Both the position numbers and the translations under genes were made by a program. This document shows positions 55,336 through 64,000 of a stretch of DNA of 64,000 nucleotides, in pieces (position 1 is the first letter of the stretch; each line of letters starts with the position of its first letter). Origin of the DNA: the human T2T-CHM13v2.0 reference genome, Homo sapiens; the NCBI RefSeq assembly GCF_009914755.1, contig NC_060925.1; one strand, given 5' to 3'. A model generated the notes under the pieces. That model was not told the origin of the DNA and searched no databases. It was given only the letters and a program-made list of their open reading frames with translations.

Positions 55336-56227
55336 TGAGCATTTTTTCATATACTATTGGATATCTATATGTCTTCCTTTGAAAAATGTCTATTCAGGTC
55401 CCTTGCCCATTTTTTATTTGGGTTATTTGTTTTCTTACTATTGAGTTGTTTGAGTTGCTTTTATATTTTGTATTTTTTTGTATTTTTTTTGCTTTGTATT
55501 TGTTGCTTTTATATTTTATATTTTGTACCTCTTATTGGATGTATGGCTTGCAAATATATTCTGTCATTCTATATGTTGTCTCTTCACTCTGTTGATTGTT
55601 TCCTTTGCTATGTAGAAGTTTTTTAGTTTGATGTAATTTCATCTGTCTACTTTCACTTTTGTTGCTTTTGCTTTTGGGGTCATATCAAAATAATCTTTGC
55701 CCAGACCAATGTCATGGAGATTTTGGTCTGCTGATTTTACAGTCTCAAGTTTTACATTTAAGATTTTAATTCATTTTGAGTTAATTTTGTATAAATATAT
55801 GGTGTGAGATGAGGGTCTAATTTTATTCTTCTGCATGTGGATATCCAGTTTCCCTAGCACCATTTATTGAAGAAGATATTCTTTCTCCATTTTGTGTTCT
55901 TGGCAACTTTGTCAAAAATCAATTGACTATAAATGCATGGATTTATTTTTGAGCTCTCTATTCCATTTCATTGGTCTATGTGTCTGTTTTTATACCAGCA
56001 CAATACACTTTTGATTCTTCTAGTTTGGTAGTAAATTTTCAAAGCAAGTAGTGTGATGCCTCTGGCTTTGTTCGTTTTGCTCAGAATTGGTTTGGCTATT
56101 TGGGGTCTTGGGGTCTTGGGGTCTTTTATGGTTCCATATACATTTTAGGTTTTTTTCCTATTTCTGTGAAAAATGTCATTAAAATTTTAATAGAGATTGC
56201 ACTGAATCTGTGGATTGCTTTGGGTGG

Positions 56228-56679
56228 TGTCTTCATCCATTTGTGTTGCTATAAAGGAATACCTGAGGCTGGTAATTTATGAAGAAAAGAGGTTTATTTG
56301 GCTCATAGTTCTGCAGGCTGTACAAGAAGCATAGTGATAACATCTGCTTCTGATGAGGGCATCCGGATGCTTTCATTCATGGTTGAAGGTGAAGAGGAGC
56401 CAGTGTGTGCAGACATCACATGGCAAGAGAGGAAGCAAGAGAGAGAGGCAGGAGGCGACAGCCTCTTTTTCACAATTAGCTCTTATGGGAACTAACAGAG
56501 TGAGAATGCACTCACTGTTTGCCTATAACATGATCTTATATCCCCATAGGGAGGGCATTAATCTATTCCTGAGGGATCTACCCTCATGACCCAAACACCT
56601 CCCATTAGGCCCCACCTCCATCTTTGGGGATTAAATTTCAACATGAGATTTGGAGGAGACAAACACTCAAACTCTAGCA
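56228..56679 (-). mobile_element. MSTB-like MaLR LTR
   Basis: tgtcttcatccatttgtgttgctataaaggaatacctgaggctgg...ttcaacatgagatttggagg...ctctagca. Confidence 0.88.
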
Positions 56680-57442
56680 GGCAGTATAGAATTAATAATA
56701 TTAATTCTTCCAATCCATGAACACAGAATATCTTTTCATTTATTTGTGTTTTCTTCTGTTTCTTTCATCAATGTTATATAATTTTCAGTGTACAGGTATT
56801 TCACCTCCTTAGTTAAATTTATTCCAAAGTATTTTATCTTTTCTAGCTATTGTAAATGGGATTGTTTTCTTGATTTCTTTTTTTGAATAGTTTGTTATTA
56901 GTGTATAGAAACCTGCTGACTTTTGTATGTTGATTTTGTATCCTGCAACTTTACTGAATTTGTTTACTAGTTCTAACAGTTTTTAGTAGTCTTCAAGGTT
57001 TTCTTTATATAAGATCATATCACATGTAAACAGAGACAATTTAACTTATTTTTTCCCAATTTGGATACATTTTATTTCTTTTTCTTGCCTAGTTGCTCTG
57101 ACTAGGACTTCTAGTACCATATTGAATAAAAGTGGTGAGAGTGGGCATCCCTGTCTTAGTCCTGATCTTAGAGAAAAAGCTTTCAACTTCTCACCATTGA
57201 ATATGTTATCTACAGGATTATTGTATATGATCTTTATTGTATTGAGGTACATTCCTTCTATTTCTAATTTGTTGAATGTTTTTTTATCATAAAGCGATAT
57301 TGAATTTTGTCAAATTCCTTTTCTGCATCTATTGAGATGATCATTATGGTTTTTATCCTTCATCTGTTATTGATTCATATATGTTGAACCCTTCCTGCAT
57401 CCCAGGGATAAATCCCACTTTATCATGGTAAATGATCCTTTT

Positions 57443-57707
<265 letters not shown>

Positions 57708-57883
57708 ATTAATGATCCTTTTAACATGCTGCTGAATTCAGTTTGCCAGTATTTTGTTGAGAACTTTTATAACTATGCTCAGCAGGGATATTGGCTTGTA
57801 ACTTTTTTTCTCGTGGTGGTCTTGTCTGACTTTGGTATCAGGGTATTGCTGGCCTTGTAAAATGACTCTGGAAGTTGTCCCTC

Positions 57884-58243
57884 TGTCATAGTCTGTTCAG
57901 GCTCCTATAGCAAAATACCTTAGACTGGGTGATTAATAAACAATAGAAATGTATTGCTTATAGTTCTGGATGCTAGGAAGTCCAAAATCAAGATGTCAGC
58001 AGACTTGATGTCTGGTAAGAACTTGCTCTGCTTTAAAGATGGTGCCTTTTGTCACATTCTCATATGGCAGAAGGGGCAAACATGATCCCTTCATCTCTTT
58101 TATAAGGGCACTACTTCCACTCACAAGAGCAGAGCCCTCATGACTTAACCACGTCCCCAAAGGCCCTACCTCTTAATACTATCACATTGGGATTACATTT
58201 AAAGGTATAAATTTTCAGGGAAGCCAACATTCAGACCATAGCA
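57884..58243 (-). mobile_element. MSTD/MLT1A-like MaLR LTR
   Basis: tgtcatagtctgttcaggctcctatagcaaaatacc...aacattcagaccatagca; TSD ccctc/ccctt. Confidence 0.85.
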
Positions 58244-61200
58244 CCCTTCTATTTAATTTTTTGGACGAGTTTGAAAAGGATTGTTATTAGTTCTTCTATA
58301 AATGTTAAGTAAAATTCAGCAATGAAGCCATCAGGTTTTGGGCTTTTCTTTAATGGAAGACTTTTTATTACTGATTCAATCTCCTTACTCATTATTCTGT
58401 TCAGATTTTCTATTTCCTCAAGATTTAGTCTTAATAGGTTATATATGTCCAATAATTATCAATTTTTTCTAGGTTATACCATTTGTAGGCATATAATTGC
58501 ACATAGCAGTCTCTTATGATACTGTGTATTTCTATGGTATAATATCAATTGTAATGTCTCCTCTTTTATTCCTAATTCTATTTATTTGAGTCTTTTTATC
58601 TTAGCTAGTCTAGCTAATGGTTTGTTAGTTTCTTTTCTGTTTGCAAAAAACCAGCTCTTAGTTTATCTTTTCCATTGTTTTCTAGTCTCTATTTCATTTA
58701 TTTCTGATCTGATCATTTCCTTCCTTTTACTAATTTTGGGATTGGTTTATTCTTTTTCTTTGTAGTTCCTTGAGGTGTAACATTAGGTTATGTATTTCTT
58801 CTTTTTTGATGTAGGCATTTATTGCCATAAAAGTCCCTCTTTGAACTGCTTTTGCTGTATCTATAAATTTTGGTATATTGCATGTCCATTTTCATTTGTC
58901 TCGAGATATTTTTCAATTTCTATTTTAATTTCTTCTTTGACCAATTGGTTATTTAGAAGCATGTTGCTTAATTTCCACATATTTGTGAATTTTCTGAAAT
59001 TTCTTCTCTTACTGATTTCTAGTTTCATACCATTGTCATTGGAAAAGCTACTTGATATGCTTCTATCCTCTTAAATTTGCTAAGACATGTTTTATAGCCA
59101 AACATATGATCTATCCTGGAGAATATTGCAATGCACTTGAGAAGAATGTGTGTTCTGCTGCTATTGTACGGAATATTCTATAAACATCTATTAGGTCCAT
59201 TTGGTCTAAAGTGTAGTTCAAGTTCAATGTTTCCTTATTGATTTTCTGCCTGGATGATCTATCCATTGTTGAAAGTAGGGTATTTAAGTCCCCTGCTATT
59301 ACTGTATTGCAATCCATCTCTCTCTTCAGATTTATTAATATATTTGCCTTATATATTTAGGTGCTCCAATGTTGGAACATACATATTTACAATTGTTACA
59401 TATTTGATGACCGTTTTATTATTGTATATTGACTTTCATTGTCTCCTTTTACAGCTTTTGACTTAAAGTCTATTTTATCTGATATAAGTATAGCTACTCT
59501 CACTCTCTTTTGGCTTCCATTCGCATGGAATATTTTTTTCCATCCCTTTACTTTCAATTCATGTGTGTCCTTACAGGTGAAGTGAGTTTCTTGTAGGGTG
59601 TGTATATTTGGTCTTCTTTTCTTATCCATTCAGCCACTCTATGTCTTTTGATTGGGTAATTTACTCCATTTACATTCAAGGTAATTAACGATAGGTAAAA
59701 ACTTACTACTTCCATTTTATTAATTGTTTTCTGGTTGTTTTATAGATCCTTTGTTTCTTTTTTCTCCCTTGATGTCTTCTTTTGTGATTAGATGATTTTC
59801 TCCAATGGTATGCTTTGATTCCTTTTTATCTTTTATGTATCTACTATAATTTTTTGCTTTGTGGCTACCAAGAGGCTTACATAAAACATCTTATAGTCAT
59901 AACAGGCAATTTTAAGCTAATAAGAAGTTAATGTTAACTACATAAAATAACTACACTTTTACTTTATCCACTCCCACATTCTGTTTTTGAGGTCACAATT
60001 TACATTTTTTATACTGTATATCCCTTAAAAATTATTGTGACTATTATTATTTTTAATACTTGTTTTTTAACATTCATACTAAAGATATAAGTGATTTACA
60101 TACCACCATCACAGTTTTATAGTGTTCTGAATTTGACTGTGTACTTAATTTTACCAGTAAGCTTTATTCTTTCATATGTTGTGTTACTATTAATAATTAG
60201 CATCCTTTTTGCTCTGCATGAAGAATTCCCTTTAGCATTTCCTGTAAGACAGATCATGTGGAATGAACTCACTCAGCTTTTGTTTACCTGGAAAAGTTTT
60301 CATCATTCTTTTATTTCTGAAGGACAGCTTTGCTGGGTATAGTATTTTTGGTTGATAGGGTTTTTTTTTCCCTTCAGCACTTTTAATATATTATCTCAAT
60401 ATTTCTTGGCCTGCAGTGTTTCTGCTGAGGAATCCACTGATAGACTTTTAGGAATTCCTTTATAGATGATTTGCTTCTTTCCTCTTCCTGTTTTCAGTGT
60501 CTTCTTTTTATTTTTGATTTTTGACAGTTTGATTGTAATATGTCTTGCAGTCTTGTTTGGCTTGAGTCTAATCAGAGTCCTTTGACCTTCCTGTACCTGG
60601 ATATTTCTTTCTCAGATTTAATTTATTTTCTGTTATTATTTCTTTAAATAAACATAAATTTCTCTCTCTCTTTCTTCTACTTTAACTCCTATAACTTGAA
60701 CATTTGCTTTTTTGATACTGTTCCATAAATCCCATAAGCTTTCATCATTCCTTTTCATTCTTTTTTCCTTTTTCTCTTCTTGTTGCATATTTTCAAATAA
60801 TTGTCTTTGAGTTTGGAGGTTCTTTCTTCTGTTTATCAATTCTGCTGTCAATGCTCTCTATTGCATTTTATAATTTAATTCATTGTATTTTTCAGCTCCA
60901 GAATTTGGTTACTTTTTCATAATTTCAATCTCTGTTAAATTTCTTGTTTTGGTCATTTATTGTTTTCTTGATTTCAATGAATTATTTCTCTGTATTTTAT
61001 TGAAGTTTGCTATACAACTATTATTTTGAATTATTTATCAGGCAGTTTATATATCTCCATTTCTTTAGTGTCAGTTACTCATGTTTTATTTTCTTCCATT
61101 GGTGATGACATGTTTCTCTGATTATTCTTGATCTTTGTGGCCATTTGCTGGTGTCTGCTTATTTTAAGAAGTGGAGACTTATTCCAGTCTTTGCAAACTA

Positions 61201-62388
61201 GGTTTGTTTGGGAAATCCTTCACCAGTCAGCATGTCCAGAGATTCTGGGCAGTCCATCTAGCGTGGCCTGTTGGCGTACTTGCTGCTGGTGTCCTTGGGT
61301 GAGTGGGCCTTGTGCCTGGGTTAGCAAGTGGGAAGACCTGGTGCCTGGGTTCATAAGATTGAGCTTGGATCCTGGATCCACTGAGGTAGATGTATTGATT
61401 GGGTCTGCAGAGGTGAGCCTGGAGCCTAGGTCCAAGGGCAGATCTAGAGCCTATATCCATTGGGGGTGGCCTGAAGCCTGGTTCCATAGTAGCTGATCTG
61501 AAACTAGGGTGAGCCTTAAGCCTGAGTCTGTAGGGGCTGGCTAGGCCATGGAATGGGTCGGAGACTGGGTCCACTAGGATAAGCCCAGAGCCTGTGTCCA
61601 TGGGGACTGACCTGACACTGGGGTAGACCTGTATCCTGAGTTCATGGAGTTTTGGGTCTATGGGGGCTGGCCTAGAACCTGGGTATTTAGGAGTAGTCCT
61701 GGAACCTAGGTCCATGAGGGTCAGCTTAGCACTGAGGTCAGCTGGGACAAATCTGGCCCTTACATCTGCTGGAACATGGGACTGCAGGGGCCAGCCTGGA
61801 GTGTGGGGCCACAGGGATCAGCCTGGCACTAGGCAGGACTGAAACCTGTGTCTGTGGTATCAGCCTTGTGCCTGAGATGTACTGACCTGGCACTGAGATG
61901 GGCCTAAGGCATCAGGCTGTGTGGGCTGATGTGGCTTTGGGCTGACCTTAAACTAGCGCGGGCCTGTAGCTTGGAGCTGCAGGAGCTAGCCTTATCCTGG
62001 GCAGGCCTGGAACCTATATCTGCAGGCCAGCCTGAAGGCTGAGTGCTGGCCTGATGATTAGGGCTGTAGGGGTTGGCCTAGTTCTGAGATAGGCATGAAG
62101 CCTGATGCTATGGGGCCCAGCCTGATGCTGGGTTGGGGGGCATCCAGAGCCTGAGACCACTGGGACTGGTCTGACCCTGGAGTAAACCTGAAGATGGAAT
62201 CTTCAGGGTAGGCCTGGAGCCTGATCTGTGAGGGCTGGCCTGGCACTATAGTGAGCTCAAAGCCTGAGGCATGGGGGCCAGCTAGAGGTTGGGTCAGACT
62301 GGAGCATAGGGATGTTAGGGTTGGCTTGGAGATTGAGACTGGGGAGCAGACCTGGAGCCTGGGAATGTAGGATCTGGCCTGGTGTCAG

Positions 62389-63876
62389 TGAGAGGTGACA
62401 GCATGCTGGCAGTCCTCACAGCCCTCGCTCGCTCTCAGTGCCTCCTCTGCCTGGGCTCCCACTTTGGCCGCACTTGAGGAGCCCTTCAGCGCACCGCTGC
62501 ACTGTGGGAGCCCCTTTCTGGGCTGGCCAAGGCCGGAGCCGGCTCCCTCAGCTTGCAGGGAGGTGTGGAGGGAGAGGCGCCAGCGGGAACCGGCGCTGTG
62601 CGCTGCGCTTGCGGGCCAGCTGGAGTTCTGGGTGGGCGTGGGCTTGGCAGGCCCCACACTCGGAGCAGCCGGCTGGCCCTGCCGGCCCCGGGCAATGACT
62701 GGCTTAGCACCCGGGCCAGCAGCTGCGGAGGGTGTACTGGGTCCCCCAGCAGTGCCAGCCCACCGGCGCTGCGCTCGATTTCTCGCCGGGCCTTAGCTGC
62801 CTTCCCACGGGGCAGGGCTCGGGACCTGCAGCTCGCCATGCCTGAGCCTCCCACCCCCTCCGTGGACTCCTGTGGGGCCCGAGCCTCCCCGATGAGTGCC
62901 GCCCCCTGCTCCATGGCGCCCAGTCCCATCGACCACCCAAGAGGTGAGGAGTGCCGGCGCATGGCGTGGGACTGGCAGGCGGCTCCACCTGCAGCCCTGG
63001 TGCGGGATCCACTGGGTGAAGCTGGCTGGGCTCCTGAGTCTGGTGGGGAGGTGGAGAACCTTTATGTCTAGCTCAGGGATTGTAAATACACCAATTGGCA
63101 CTCTGTGTCTAGCTCAAGGTTTGTAAACACACCAATTAGCACCCTGTATCTAGCTCAGGGTTTGTGAATGCACCAATTGACACTCTGTATCTAGCTACTC
63201 TGGTGGAGACTTGGAGAACCTTTGTGTTGACACGCTGTATCTAGCTACTCTGGTGGGGACTTGGAGAACCTTTGTGTTGACAATCTGTATCTAGCTAATC
63301 TGGTGGGGAAGTGGAGAACCTTTGTGTCTAGCTCAGGGATTGTAAATGCACCAATCAGTGCCCTGTCAAAACAGACCACTCAGCTCTACCAATCAGCAGG
63401 ATGTGGGTGGGGCCAGATAAGAGAATAAAAGTAGGCTGCCCAAGCCAGCAGTGGCAACCCGCTCCAGTCCCCTTCCACAACTGTGGAAGCTTTGTTCTTT
63501 AGCTCTTTGCAATAAATCTTGCTACTGCTCACTCTTTGGGTCCACACTGCTTTTATGAGTTGTAACACTCACCGCGAAGATCTCCAGCTTCACTCCTGAA
63601 GCCAGCGAGACCACGAGCCCACTGGGAGGAAAGAACAACTCCAGATGCGCCGCCTTAAGAGCTGTAACACTCACCGCGAAGGTCCGAAGGTCCGCAGCTT
63701 CCCTCCTGACCGAGGAGACGGCGAACCCCACCAGAAGGAAGAAACTCCGAACACATCCGAATGTCAGAAGGAACAAACTCCAGACGCGCCACCTTAAGAG
63801 CTGTAACACTCACCGCAGGGTCCGCAGCTTCATTCTTGAAGTCAGTGAGACCAAGAACCCACCAATTCTGGACACA
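62389..63876 (+). mobile_element. LTR12C (ERV9) solo LTR
   Basis: tgagaggtgacagcatgctggcagtcctcacagccc...cccaccaattctggacaca, 1488 bp; CpG-rich U3; tandem tctagct/ccaat enhancer repeats at 63040-63400; ggccagataagagaataaaag core promoter at ~63411-63431; TSD tcag/tcat. Confidence 0.95.
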
Positions 63877-64000
63877 TCATGGGCCTAGAATCTGGGGCTG
63901 TGGAGGCCTTCCCAGTGCTGGGTTTTATCGGTGGGCCCAGTATTGGGGTTTGAGGCAAAGTCTGATGCTTATTTTCCTCATCTTCCCCGAAGTGAAAGGT

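Noticed and set aside
62395-63126. CpG island with overlapping 100-172 aa ORFs suggesting a gene start
   Set aside because: It lies entirely within the LTR12C U3, and GC-rich DNA has few stop codons
63040-63400. Regularly spaced repeats resembling a CRISPR-like array
   Set aside because: These are the standard ERV9/LTR12 enhancer tandem units, with no unique spacers, in a primate genome

Overview
Primate (human-like) non-genic or intronic window made mostly of transposable elements. I recognise no host protein-coding gene; the listed ORFs are decayed L1, Alu or ERV fragments, or chance ORFs. There are three long L1s (L1MA-type + at ~8.5-15.0 kb, L1PA7-like + at ~31.8-38.7 kb, L1MA-type - at ~53.8-64.0 kb), and each carries a younger solo LTR (HML-2 LTR5, HML-2 LTR5A, ERV9 LTR12C). 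A dense ERV cluster lies at 23.2-28.7 kb: MER41 -, an internally deleted two-LTR HERV-S/HERVL18 provirus, MER41 +, MER4 and MLT1F. The window also holds a 7SL retro-pseudogene and many Alu/FLAM, MIR, L2 and MaLR copies. The structure that repeat annotation does not explain is mostly local rearrangement: an inverted duplication at 0.2-0.96 kb, a ~700-bp inversion with both ends in Alus at 10.8-11.5 kb, a perfect 32-bp palindrome, a 27-bp inverted templated insertion and a tiny orphan poly(A) insertion. A speculative chain of phase-compatible + strand exons is also reported. I found no convincing novel biological system. Subfamily calls come from recalled consensus sequences, not from a database search, and boundaries of old elements are approximate.
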